NCBI RefSeq assembly: GCF_001194135.2
Contig: NC_068982.1
Coordinates: 126,782,144-126,846,143 of the forward strand
Reading direction: 5' to 3'
DNA: 64,000 bases
From: Octopus bimaculoides
Taxonomy: Eukaryota
Shown: one piece after another, positions 38,795 through 51,404 of the stretch
Numbering within the stretch: the stretch's first letter is position 1
Layout of the letters: each line of letters begins with the position of its first letter
Position numbers and translations under genes: made by a program
The notes under the pieces: generated by a model
Database searches by the model: none
Seen by the model: only the letters and a program-made list of their open reading frames with translations
Told to the model about the DNA's origin: nothing

Positions 38795-39741
38795 CTAGCA
38801 AAAAGAAAAAAAAGAAATTCTTTTAAAACAATTAACGTTTTTGTAGAAATAAAAAGGAAATAAAAAAGAATACCATGAAACTTGACTTATAAAATGGTTA
38901 AGAGGGACAAGTACAAAGTGAAAACAGAACTATTTTTTTCCAAATATTTTTGAGCAAATGTTGGATATTGTTAGATATTGGAGGTAAAATTGGCAGACTT
39001 TCAGACAGCCGTTCCTAAAATCTACCACAGAATTTAATTTTTTATTTCACAAATTCCAAGTCTTTAATGTTCAAAATGGTTTCAAGAAATGATGACTGTT
39101 AAAATGTTCTCTAAAAATAATTAGAAAAGAGGAGTTTTAAAATTTACATGAAAACCTAATGAGTTGCAACAAATATGACAGTATCACCATAATTCCCTCA
39201 ATAAAGTTAACTTGATGTAGTATAAGAAAAACATTTACACTCTTCTCATCCTCAAAAAAAATTAATGTAGTTCATGCAACACGAACATGAGAGTACCTGG
39301 TATTGTAGTTAGAATACTCATAAAACTGCAGAAAGCACAATCCTCACTAATTTAGACCATCAATTTTAAGGGGTGGGAGTAATTTGATACCGTCAACCCT
39401 GAAAGGATGAGAGACAAAGCTGACCTTGGCCAAATTTGAAATCAAAACATAAACGATTCTACTAGCTGGCTATCTTATTAAAAATAATAATAATCTCTTC
39501 TAATTTTGGAACAAGACCAACAATTCTGAGAGAAGTGTGAATCAATTATATCAACCCCAGTATCCAACTGGTACTTATTTAATTGACCCCAAAAGTAGTA
39601 TTGACCCAAAAGACAAAGCTGACCTCCATAGAATTTGAACTCAGAGCATAGAGCTGGAAGAAATGTTATACCTTTTGATTAACATGCCAACTATTTTTCC
39701 AGCTTGCTGCCTTTACATTGAAAATAATAAGAAATGATTAC

Positions 39742-39822
39742 TTTTCATGAATTCTTTGATCAATATCTCTGAAGTTGAAATTCTTGAAACTGGAGACAGC
39801 AGTGAAGTATCTTGTTTCATCT
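39742..39822 (-). CDS. Candidate torsin exon A (81 nt)
   Basis: ttttttcttttcgtcag|AGATGAAAC...CATGAAAA|gtaatc. Open in two frames: MKQDTSLLSPVSRISTSEILIKEFMK and DETRYFTAVSSFKNFNFRDIDQRIHE. Confidence 0.5.
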
Positions 39823-40017
39823 CTGACGAAAAGAAAAAAAAAATTCTTTTAAAACATTAAACTTTTTTGCAGAAATAAATAGGAAATAAAAAGCCTATAA
39901 AACTTGATTTATAAAATGGTTAAGAGGGCCAAGTGCAAAGTGAAAACGGAACTATTCATTTCCAAAATATTTTTGAGTAAATGGCAAGATATTGAAAGTA
40001 AACGTGGCAGGCGTTCG

Positions 40018-40612
40018 GTGCGGAGGTAATGAATACGCACACCACCAGTTTTCGGTGAAACAAAAACCCTAACGCAAACCGGGGCTAATGCAGTTTCGCA
40101 TCTCCCCTTGAAAAATGCATTTTTTCAAGAAAAAATTTTCCGGGTTCCTACGTTTTAGATGTCGGAGATTACGAACATGCAACAAAAAAAATTTTTTTAT
40201 TCATAAAATATATTTGTCAACTAAATGTGGCGGTCCCAATAGAAGACGGTGTTACTGTTGTTTTTAGCCCCAGGAAGACATTCATATCTATCTATCTCTT
40301 TATGCACCTATCTATATGCGTATTGAATTTAAAAGTGCCAAGACGTGGCTTCTTGCATATCCGGAATCTCCGTCATTTAAAACATTAGGGAAAAAAATTT
40401 CGAAGAAGTTCATAAAATTTTAAACGGGAGTGCGGAGTGGTGGTGGTATTTTTTTTTTTTTTTGCATATTCGTAATCTCTAACATCTAAAACGTAGGAAT
40501 CTGAAAACTTTTTTTAAAAATGCATTTTTCAAGGAGAGGTGCGGAACTGCATAGGCCCCCACAATCCCTAACCCTGAACACCGGGTGTGCGTATTCTTTA
40601 TTTTCGCCACTT
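40018..40612. mobile_element. MITE with ~170 bp terminal inverted repeats
   Basis: gaatacgcacac...ccttgaaaaatgcatttt...ttcctacgttttagatgt..gagattacgaa.atgcaa at 40030-40190; reverse complement at 40450-40600. Confidence 0.82.
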
Positions 40613-40755
40613 GAAAGCTGTTTCTCAAGTCTATCGCAGAATTTAATTAAAGTGAAAGTTCAACACTAGAGAAAAGCGAGAACATTTTCTTTTTCACAAT
40701 GGTTTCAATTTCATTTCTTGTTTAAACTTCAAGGCAGCAAGATATATCATTTTAT

Positions 40756-40966
40756 AAACATTGGATCTTGAAACAAATAATCTATAAATAACAGAATGTA
40801 AATATTTGGTCAAAAGCAGTGTGGATAGAAGAAATCGAAGGCTGTCCCACAGGTTAAAACCCCTTCGGACAGAAAATGTTGCGGCCATTCCACGGGCAGC
40901 CTTTAACTTGTTCTATCCAAATGGACGCTATTATATATAGCTTATCTGTTTCAAGATCCAATGTTT
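40756..40966. repeat. 31 bp inverted repeat pair around ~150 bp
   Basis: aaacattggatcttgaaacaaataatctata versus reverse complement aaacattggatcttgaaacagataagctata (29/31). Confidence 0.8.
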
Positions 40967-41374
40967 CAAAAGAGAATTTCAATTCCAACTGCTGATAAAT
41001 AGATACGCTTTGATTGAGGGTTCATTCAACGAGACTAAATCCTTACCAAAACGAATTTAGTATTGAGTCTTCTCACCAATAATTGTTTGGCTGTTTACAT
41101 AACAAAATAAAGTTGCAGCAGCATAGCTATTTATCTTATGAAATGAAAACATTTTTACTAACAGTGAGAGTGATATACACACAATAAGAATGAAATGTTA
41201 GTTGAATTTTAACTTACACGGTGTTAAGATTTGGCATTGTTAATTAATGTCTACCATTCAAAGTCCGGCTTTTAATTTCCTCAACTTTATAGAAGGGAGA
41301 AAACTCGGTTAATATAAAGATCTTCACTCGTTAAAAATAAAAACAAAAAACCCGGCTGGGTGGGTGTTGACTGT

Positions 41375-43566
41375 GCAGAAAGTGAAAATGAAAATGACAA
41401 AAAAAAAAAAAAAATTGCGCAAACGAACCTGGGGTTGGGAGAGGACTTTCGGAAAATTTACAAGATCCGATTTTTCCGTCATAACTTTTGGGAAAATGGA
41501 TATATATATAGATTTTTTTTTTACGGAATCTTATGTTTTTGGTTATGGAAGATCCGATTCTGAAAAAGAACATTTTTAAAAATCGCATTTTCAAACTTTC
41601 AGTTCTCCGGCCTTGGCCTTCAAGCAGGCTATCCACATGCTAGAAATAACAGCAAAATCTCAAACAACTACGATAACATAACGAAAGAAATATGTAATCA
41701 ATCTACTCATCTTTCTGCAAAGATTTCTTTCANNNNNNNNNNNNNNNNNNNNNNNNNNNNNNNNNNNNNNNNNNNNNNNNNNNNNNNNNNNNNNNNNNNN
41801 NNNNNNNNNNNNNNNNNNNNNNNNNNNNNNNNNNNNNNNNNNNNNNNNNNNNNNNNNNNNNNNNNNNNNNNNNNNNNNNNNNNNNNNNNNNNNNNNNNNN
41901 NNNNNNNNNNNNNNNNNNNNNNTATCCATATCACGTCCTCACTTTGTTGTTTTTTGTTTTTTTGTTATTGTTTTTTTGAACTATATATATATATACAATT
42001 AAACCTTGGGAGAGGCATTATGCCGGTAATAAACACACGCACTGGTTCAGTCCTTTATTAATTTATATAGTTTTTTGTTAAATTATTTCATTGCACTCTT
42101 GCAATCTCTTCAGTAACTTGTCTCTCCACTTCCATTTATTTTGAATATATGATCTGGTGTTGTTTTGGCGTTGTTTCGAAACTGTTTGGTATGAGCATGT
42201 GAGTGTGTGCAAGCTCGTATGTGTGCACGCTCATATGTGTGCACGCACTTATGTGTTCGTGCTTATATGTAAGTATGTGCGTCCATATGTGTGTTTGTAT
42301 ATATATACTTTATTTCTTCTTTTCTTTTGAAAAATTGAAATTTTTTTCAGAATCTTCGTATTTTTCTACATATTTCGCAAAAAAAAGAAAAAACCCGGAA
42401 AAAGTGAAAAATGAAGAGGAAAGAGGGAAATTGAAGTTTTGAAAATTCGATTTTTGAACATTTTTTTTTTTTTTTCAGAATCGGATCCTCCATAACCGAA
42501 ACCGTGGGATTCCAATCACAAAAAAGGTCAATTTATATCCATTTTCTCGAAAGTTATATGACGGAAAAATCGGATCTTGTGAATTTTCCGAAAGTTCTCT
42601 CNNNNNNNNNNNNNNNNNNNNNNNNNNNNNNNNNNNNNNNNNNNNNNNNNNNNNNNNNNNNNNNNNNNNNNNNNNNNNNNNNNNNNNNNNNNNNNNNNNN
42701 NNNNNNNNNNNNNNNNNNNNNNNNNNNNNNNNNNNNNNNNNNNNNNNNNNNNNNNNNNNNNNNNNNNNNNNNNNNNNNNNNNNNNNNNNNNNNNNNNNNN
42801 NNNNNNNNNNNNNNNNNNNNNNNNNNNNNNNNNNNNNNNNNNNNNNNNNNNNNNNNNNNNNNNNNNNNNNNNNNNNNNNNNNNNNNNNNNNNNNNNNNNN
42901 NNNNNNNNNNNNNNNNNNNNNNNNNNNNNNNNNNNNNNNNNNNNNNNNNNNNNNNNNNNNNNNNNNNNNNNNNNNNNNNNNNNNNNNNNNNNNNNNNNNN
43001 NNNNNNNNNNNNNNNNNNNNNNNNNNNNNNNNNNNNNNNNNNNNNNNNNNNNNNNNNNNNNNNNNNNNNNNNNNNNNNNNNNNNNNNNNNNNNNNNNNNN
43101 NNNNNNNNNNNNNNNNNNNNNNNNNNNNNNNNNNNNNNNNNNNNNNNNNNNNNNNNNNNNNNNNNNNNNNNNNNNNNNNNNNNNNNNNNNNNNNNNNNNN
43201 NNNNNNNNNNNNNNNNNNNNNNNNNNNNNNNNNNNNNNNNNNNNNNNNNNNNNNNNNNNNNNNNNNNNNNNNNNNNNNNNNNNNNNNNNNNNNNNNNNNN
43301 NNNNNNNNNNNNNNNNNNNNNNNNNNNNNNNNNNNNNNNNNNNNNNNNNNNNNNNNNNNNNNNNNNNNNNNNNNNNNNNNNNNNNNNNNNNNNNNNNNNN
43401 NNNNNNNNNNNNNNNNNNNNNNNNNNNNNNNNNNNNNNNNNNNNNNNNNNNNNNNNNNNNNATCCATTTTCCTGAAAGTTATGAGGGAAAAATCGGATCT
43501 TGTGAATTTTCCGAAAGTCTTCACCGTTCGTTTGCGCAATTTTTTTTTCATATTCGTTTTCCACAC
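41375..43566. mobile_element. Foldback element with ~220 bp TIRs, right TIR split by an assembly gap
   Basis: 41375-41600 is the reverse complement of 42432-42601 plus 43462-43566. Confidence 0.75.
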
Positions 43567-45491
43567 TACTTTTTTTTTTACACCTAGTAGGCTGGAGTTG
43601 TTTTTTTTTTTACGTTAACGGGTCTCAAACTGTATATGGGCCTTTTTTTTCTTTTGTTCGCATATTGTCTCATTGTTTTTCGCTAGGCTATTTTTCTTGT
43701 AGAATCTCTGTACCTTTGAGGTATTTGGTGAGAATGGTGGTAGTTTTTCAGAAATTTACGATTCAAAAATAGCGCGGTTGGATATATTTTTATGGGCGAA
43801 GGAGGAATATTAGCAGCTCCAATTTCCAACTGTTTTCTTTTACCAGTTGTAAACTAAGCGATCTTCCATATTACGGTTGTAAACTGAAAACAAAATATAA
43901 ACAAAAACCAGAACACAAACATTAATGTTATCGAATTTTCTTAGGAAACAAATAGTAATGATACAAATATATCTACTAAGTATTTTAAACGCACGAAACA
44001 TGTAGTTTATAAAAGGGGAGTATTGATCTAGTGTTTTAGACTAATCATACTTCTTATATAGATGGCTTGGTAGATTATATACAAACAGCTACAAAATGCT
44101 TTTCCTCCTCCACTGCAGACATTATAAATCATTTCTCTTGTAGGAAAGACTTATTTGAGATAGATGTATTTTAAAAAACCACATCAGTATTTGTGACTGC
44201 TTTCAAGTGGCATTCGAGTGGCGTAGAGGTTTTTTTGGGTGCTTCGGTGTATGCTTGGAGTATGTGTCATTTCAATGGATTTTATTTTATTTGGCCAGTC
44301 CAAATGCTCGTACATTACCATAATATTAGAATGCAATTTTATCTTTTCTGAAAATTGGTCTGTAACACCTGTGTTCAAGTCACAGTTGTCAAAATCACAA
44401 GTTTTAACAAGACTCTTCACACGGCTGAGTGCAAAGTGATTTTCAAAGGTGACATTTACGTTTGGCATGGAATAGTTATTGAGATATACTTTGGTTTGGT
44501 TATAAAAATTTGTATTTTTTTCTTTATGTAAGAAATGATTCTTAATTTTTCATCACCAAGATACCTTCCGCTCATTAGGTGTTGCGTTGTTTCGAAATAC
44601 TTTCGAAGAATGTCAATCTACTGCTTCCAAGTGAATGCTATTGACGTTGATGGTGGAATATCTGTTGACATGCTCGCCTTCATTCTCACGATAACCAGAC
44701 AATCAAGCAACCCAGAAAAAGTTATCAAATCGCTTTGCTATTTATTCAAGACAGAATTCCCACTGTTTTGAGATCCCTGTTTTGAATGTTTATTTTACGG
44801 AGATCTACTTGCATAACAAGTGTTTTTTGTTCTGAGATCGTGTATTGAAACTAAAACGATAGTAGGGTGGAAGACACAAGTTAGCCATTTAGAAACACAC
44901 GAAGACTGTTAACTTCAATTAAACATTTACTCCTGCTGGAAAGACCTCCGCCCGTCCTCCCCGTTTTGTCCCAAATTTGTTTATTAAAAAAATTTTTTTT
45001 TTTGCCAAAAATCCCAGTTTTCGGATACGGAGGTTCCGGAAAATTGCCAAAAATCGGCATTGTGGAATTCCCCACCCTTTCCCCCCAACTTCTTCAATTT
45101 TGACTTTTTTCCCCAACACTAACCCTAACGTAAGTACAGAAATGTTTTGAAATTTTTGTCCGAATCATAATGTCCGTATTTTTCGGCATATTTAGAAAAA
45201 AGAAAAAAATTCTTTAAAAAAAATTTTTCCAAAAATTTTTGGAAATTTTTTTCAGATTCCTATTCCCCGTAGCAGAAAAGTGGTTTGTGACGAAAAAAAA
45301 AAAAANNNNNNNNNNNNNNNNNNNNNNNNNNNNNNNNNNNNNNNNNNNNNNNNNNNNNNNNNNNNNNNNNNNNNNNNNNNNNNNNNNNNNNNNNNNNNNN
45401 NNNNNNNNNNNNNNNNNNNNNNNNNNNNNNNNNNNNNNNNNNNNNNNNNNNNNNNNNNNNNNNNNNNNNNNNNNNNNNGGGGGGGGGGGGC

Positions 45492-45960
45492 GGAAATCTT
45501 GCCCTCCTGCTCTCCAGGAATACAAAAACAATCATCGTGGTAGAACTCACAGTGCCCTGGGAATACAGGCTTGATATTTCCTATCAGGTAAAGAAAGCAA
45601 AATATCAAGACTTCGTCGACGAATCCCTTGTCAACGGATGGCACGTGGCCTCATTTCCTACTGAAGTCGGTTACTGTGGGTTTCCATCTAGATCAGTGTG
45701 CTATTTATTACAGAAGATAGGTCCGGAACCCAGACAACTGAAGAGAGCCATCAAAGAAATAGACAAGGCAAATGAAACTAGCTGAAGATGGCTTTGGTTG
45801 ATAAGAGATCGCAAGTGGAACCCTTCTGTAAGAGAAAACTAGCTGAATTCTTGCTGTCCCATTCAGGTAAAGCGCACAGGATAAGAGGCGAAACGCTTAT
45901 GACTCTGCGATACCTGCTGACTATACGGAAAGGTATCTAGCATTGTAATGGATTTAGAAA
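45492..45960 (+). mobile_element. RLE-type non-LTR retrotransposon 3' end (HERO/NeSL-like)
   Basis: TIIVVELTVPWE...KKAKYQDF...GW....FPTEVGYCGF...ETS*RWLWL matches the ELTVPWE/EVG/WLW pattern of this endonuclease group. Confidence 0.78.
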
Positions 45961-47588
45961 AGCTTGGCACGGGGGAAAAAAGTATCTCCGATGTTTATTT
46001 CATCCATAAGAGAGGAAAGTTTATATAAGAGGAAGTAACTCCATCCTTACAAATTTTAACACGTGAAGCTGGTGTCGTACTAAAAAAGGAGAGAGCGATA
46101 AAAAATATTCCGGCCGGAACTTTTCTGCATCTGGCCGATAAAATACGAAACACTATAAAGTTGCCAACTCAGTAATGTGACGTGTATTGTAAGAGAAACA
46201 TGGAGGGTACGCTATTTAAGTGGACGAATTATTTATCGGGTAAGTGACATTGTTTTAACCCTATCTAATTTTATTTCCACTATTCGGCATTTTAGGTTTC
46301 AATATTTTATAGAAAGTAAATTTTGCATTTGTTTTGTTGTTCTTACGTGATTTCCAGGTTGAAGATTTCGAGGTCATTGAAAAAAAAAAAGAAAAAAAAA
46401 AAGAAGATATCTGACAGCTGAAATTGACATTACCACATAAACCTTTATTGTGTTATTCATTCATACGAACTGGGGTTATGAAGAAGTTTTATTACTAATA
46501 ATTTGCTATGTCTTTGTGTAATTCTTATATATTTTCGTTTATTGTTCAATATTTCTGACCTACATTATTATTATTATTATTATTATGTGTATGTATACAC
46601 ACACGTACACATGACTGCAACATAAATAAACGTAGTTAGTATGATATCAGCGAAGAAAATAAAGTTTTAATTTTCCCTTATGTTTTAGCATTAATTTGGA
46701 ATCTGATTCTTATCTATTCAAGTATTGGGATGAAAATAGTCAGCAGGAAGGCTATCAATTTGTTTGTTTACGTGGGTTGCATTATTATGTTTTTTTTTCT
46801 TATAAGTGTCGCATTTTGTTACTAAGAGAAAATGACCGTCAGGATCTCGTGGAAGCGTTTTGGATGATGTTTAACCGATAGAGTAATAAATATGTTAAGT
46901 GGGAATTGCATTTCCTAGTTGCGCCTTTTTTTTTCCATACTATCTCTCTCTTTTATTTAAGAAACTAGCGACTATGGAGGTCTGTATTTTATTTTATTTA
47001 TTTATTTTGCAAACTCGGCAAAATTTTAATGCAAGGTATTACTTCGCTCTTAGGAATATTCTATACTTGTAATAAATCTAATCAACCATTCAGTGCAGAA
47101 AATTTGGGTATCGATTCCCTTTATTTTATTTATTTATTAAGAAATGTGGTTATTTTCCTTATTTAGAAATAAGCTGTATTTCACTCCAAGCATACGTAAT
47201 CAAATTCGATTGAATTACCTTAAAAGTCAAATTAATTGAATATATTTGCATCACTTTTCCTTTCTTTTCGTCTAAATACCACCATATCCATTCTAATTCC
47301 CTCTATAACCTCTTTATAAACAAGACGGCTGTACATTAGTAGACATCTCTTTGTCCTGCCAAATCAACCACTAGAGTTGGCATGTCTGGTCCAATGTTTT
47401 GTAAATAATCTTTTCCCCCTCTCATCTGTCTCCACTATTGGAAAATATGGACAATAACGATGATAATGACTTGTATAATAGTTTTGCGTTTTAAGGGCTG
47501 CTATTATTTACAATAATAATTATTATTATTACGCACTCAGTTGTTAATGCTTTGTAATCTGAGCTTTTTATGATATATATATATATGC

Positions 47589-47620
<32 letters not shown>

Positions 47621-48889
47621 TAGTGTGTGACTGTTGTCGTCTGTTAAATATTTTTTTTATTGATTGGTGATGGTGGAAGAGAAGCTTGTTATTGTAGCAA
47701 GAGCTCAGTTGGAAATTATGAGGGAGCATATTTGTTTCGGCTATTATTATTATTGTATGTAAATAAACATAGCACAGAAAATTTTCATCTAATATTAAGG
47801 TGACCAGTATATCTGTGCTCTTTCCGCATTCAATAGTAAATATCTTTTTTCCTCCAGTAATTACCACTTTAATTGACAGCATTTTCATATCATGTAATTT
47901 TCTGGTTATGTCACTAATTTTAAATAAATTAAAACTAACGCTTGTCACAGCGGGTTTAGAACTAGCGATTAAATACGATATTTCGAGACAGTTACTTGGA
48001 GGACCTCATATTTCCTGATAAAAACCCTATCAAGGAAAGATTTTATTTTGGGGTTTCATTTAAGTTCTTGTAGTACTGAGGCGATTTTTATCAATTTTAG
48101 AACAAGTTCATTGTGCTTGATATGAATCTTTTAGTAAGTCTTAATGTTTTTCGTTTACGATTTACATATTTTCTAATTGTTTTATTATTTACTTAATCAC
48201 AGGGAAGAGACTCTGAAGCATGACAGTTCATTGTGCTTCGTAGTGATATTTACTCACTCAGTTTACCAAACTAAATAAATTTCCTGCTATAAATTAACTT
48301 GCAGTTAGAGACGAATTCATTATTTTTGAAATTTAAAATAAGTAGCGACACCAGATTTCTTTAAACTATGCGTACGCAACATTTTGTTGGCGACCGAACG
48401 GATATATATATATATTATGATGCTGTGTCAAACTGAGATGAACCGCTAAGCTGACTCTGGTCAGCGCCCCTCCCCTATTGAATAAAGAATATAGTTTGCA
48501 TCTATATAATTTCTTTTTGTATGACGTTGGACAAATTAAAAAAACTTGAAACCATCTTAACTTTGAAGTATTGCAATTTATCCACTTTTTTTTACCAATT
48601 TTTCGCAGCATCTTCTTGTACGAAACACTGACCTAGACTGCTTTAACTGCATTCAGTTACCATCTGCATTAAATATTCGAATAGACACGGAGTTGGTTTG
48701 TCACTTGTAGCTGTGGAACCCTAACAGACACTGAAACCGGCTGACACTTTATCAAGCTGCATATGAGCAAAAAGGATATCGTTTACTGCTTTCTATCAGC
48801 AGCAGTGATATTGTTTAACTGGTGTTTCATGAACTTTTAGAAGAGGATTCAAATCCTTCCTTGGGCTGTGACAAGAATATGGATACCGT

Positions 48890-49300
48890 TATCATTATTA
48901 TTGTTTTTTGTGCAGTGCACTTGTACTGAAATTTGAACCCATTATTATTCATGGTGTTCTCGAATGTTTTTCATTCATTATCCAATGTCTTTGATTCCAA
49001 GTAACAACCGGTTTCCTTAGATATCGAGGAGGACATTCTTTACAATCCTTGCTGTTCCCAGTAGAGCAAATTTCTGAATTAATGCAACTCTCATAGTTAC
49101 ACCAAACTCAATAAGGAAATTGCGAAGTCTGTTAGTGACAGCACCTATAACAACTGGCATTACTTTTGTAGACAGCCTTCACAGTGTTTGTATTTCCCTA
49201 GCCAAATCCTTGTATTGTTCTATTTTCTGCTGTTCTTTGACTGCTATATTATTATTATTGAGCGAGATAGCAGTGCATGCCATCAAAGTGACATTGGGGT
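48890..49300 (-). mobile_element. RLE-type non-LTR retrotransposon 3' end (R4/Dong-like) with AAT-type tail
   Basis: NIAVKEQQKIEQYKDLAREIQTL*...KVMPVVIGAV...QKFALLGTARIVKNVL*, followed by aataataat runs. Confidence 0.82.
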
Positions 49301-49326
49301 ACAAATATACAAAGCCCAATATACAC

Positions 49327-49378
49327 ATCATGACTACCCGTCTGATAAGTGTATACTTATCAGACGGGTAGTCATGAT
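49327..49378. repeat. Perfect 24 bp-arm palindrome
   Basis: atcatgactacccgtctgataagt-gtat-acttatcagacgggtagtcatgat. Confidence 0.97.
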
Positions 49379-49764
49379 AAGTATACACCAGGCACATGCA
49401 TCACAACCATAAGTGTGCAACATGTTGATCTTGTATCAAGATAAACAGCACATGACCTTGCAAGCGGAACCCAGTTAGAATTTTCTTCAGGTTGAGTAGC
49501 CTATCCCACTCAAAAGGTCCCTGAATAAGGGTTATTTAAGGATGTTGAATGAAACACCCATTTTTCTAAAAGGTGAATTATTCAAACCCCAAAGAATACT
49601 TCTCAACACCTGGCTATGATGCTTTCCCACTATTTCTGCTCCTGATCAGAGCTGCACATATTGTCAGCCTTAAGGGACATGCTCAACTGGTTAAGGTCAA
49701 CCAAATCTGTGGTATTGAGCAGAATATTTGCTGTAACCCATCTTTTATACCTTATTATTAAGCC

Positions 49765-49975
49765 GGCTAGCTGACAGAGTTGTTAGCACGCTGGATGAAA
49801 TGCTTAGTGGTATTTTGCCTGTCGCTACGTTCTGAGTTCAAATTCTGCCAAGGGCAACTTAGCCTTTCATCCTTTCGGCATTGATAGATCAAGTACCAGT
49901 TGAGTACTGGGGTCAATGTGATCGACTATCTCCCTCCCCACAAATTCCAGGCCTTGTGCCTATAGTAGAAAGGAT
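49765..49975 (+). mobile_element. SINE family 3
   Basis: Matches 18447-18620. Confidence 0.75.
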
Positions 49976-50246
49976 TATTACTATTATTATGTGGATGTAA
50001 TAATGATAGCCTAACAATTGCTGTCAAAAGTAGGGAGCAGCCGGTCAAATTGAAATAAAACTATTTGGAATCCTCTTTAATTATTTGTTCTTCATTAATA
50101 TTTCAACCACTCTTGTCTCAAATCAATTATTTTCTTGATGTGTAATAAAAAAGCTTAAGTTCAATACCAGTTGAATGCTGCATCTAAATGATGGTCAGAC
50201 ATTTGTGGAGTTAACATTTTGAGTGGCAAACAAGAATCACACACAA

Positions 50247-50476
50247 TTAGCCCTTTAAATACCAACCTGCCTGAGATTGCTTCTGGCTCTTTGATACAAA
50301 CTTCCTGTTTTTAAAGTGATCTAAATTAAAACTGTTCGTTTAAAATTTCATGTTGATTTTTTTATGTTCCAAGCAGCAGCTTAACAATGATAGTTATTTT
50401 GATAAATTCTTTATTTTCAAGATGAATTCAACAAAGGCTGTATATTTGAACAGAAATATAGCAACAAAAGGGTTAA
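50247..50476 (+). mobile_element. piggyBac-like MITE
   Basis: ttag|ccctttaaatacc ... gcaacaaaaggg|ttaa. Confidence 0.7.
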
Positions 50477-51404
50477 GGCTAAAATGAAGGAATTCCAGAA
50501 ATGCTTTGGTGTATTGTCTCTTTTTTATTCACTGACTTTGAGTAGTGCTATGGTTGCCTTACTCCATCAACTCACCAGTCAGGTGAACATGTACCATGAA
50601 AATCTTGTGATTGATTCAGCCTCTATTATTATTGGCCACACTGTTTATAAACTTTTAGAATTTCATCAGGTCTGAATCTTGTAATTAATAGTTCTGAAAA
50701 GAGAATGGCAGCAATAGTTTGGATAATACTACTTTCCTTTCTCTTCACCAATATATGCAACATATGTTGGTTCTAACCACCACCCGCTCATACAAAAAAA
50801 AAAAAAGTACCCCTCTCTCCCCAATATTTCTATTTCTGCCCAATCACTGCTGTTAAGACCATATTCTTTCAAAATGATGTCTACTATTTTTCTATGTTAT
50901 CTTGAAACACAACTTGCTAGAAATAGGAGCCAATATTCTTTCAGATCTGGAAAGGGAGGATAGATAGGATAATATAGTCCTAGACTAATGCAAAAATTGG
51001 ATGCCTATGATTGAAATGCCTTTAACCACAGGCTTATTTGATAAGTGCCGACTTGAGAGTAAAACAAGATGTTACAAATTTGTATGCAAGGCCTTCATCT
51101 CCCTGTATCATCACAAAGTTATCAACTATTTCCAGTGAGCTTTCTGGGCATTTGAAAGAATTTTGTTGTATTGTTACTAAAACTTTCTATGTATCTGCTA
51201 CATAAATTCTATCTTCTGTCAGCTGGCCTGTCATTTTACTGCATCTCTTATATGTCCATAGTTTACACCAAATGAAGTTTCTACCAACTCTTCCCCCCCC
51301 CCCCCATCTGCATGTCGAGTACAGCTAGCATAACAAAATCTTGTCTAAATTTACTTTGAAAATTTTGATTCTAGGATTTTTTTCCCCTCTACATCTGGAA
51401 TTTC

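Larger units (their letters stand above)
38108..39994. repeat. Diverged tandem duplication (units ~38108-38970 and ~39339-39994)
   Basis: Collinear blocks from aatcctcactaattta to gatattg, including shared SINE fragments. Confidence 0.88.

Noticed and set aside
40065-40575. ccctaac telomere-like hexamers
   Set aside because: Only one or two units inside MITE arms; not an interstitial telomeric array.
35774-45644. ORFs of 300+ aa made mostly of X
   Set aside because: Artefacts of reading through N gaps.
46200-46372. Plus-strand ATGGAGG|gtac start and a 15 nt micro-exon
   Set aside because: Splicing them gives an immediate TGA; no supporting downstream exon was found.
46730-46881. Short hydrophobic ORF MKIVSRKAINLFVYVGCIIMFFFLISVAFCY
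   Set aside because: Only 31 codons, dependent on a T-run length, and with no recognisable family; T-rich DNA yields such peptides by chance.
48690-48745. gctgt...aacag and GAAACCGG resembling hammerhead stems II and III
   Set aside because: CUGANGA core is absent.
50640-50675. cctgatgaaattc on the minus strand
   Set aside because: No GAAAC; better explained as chance or as part of a candidate exon.
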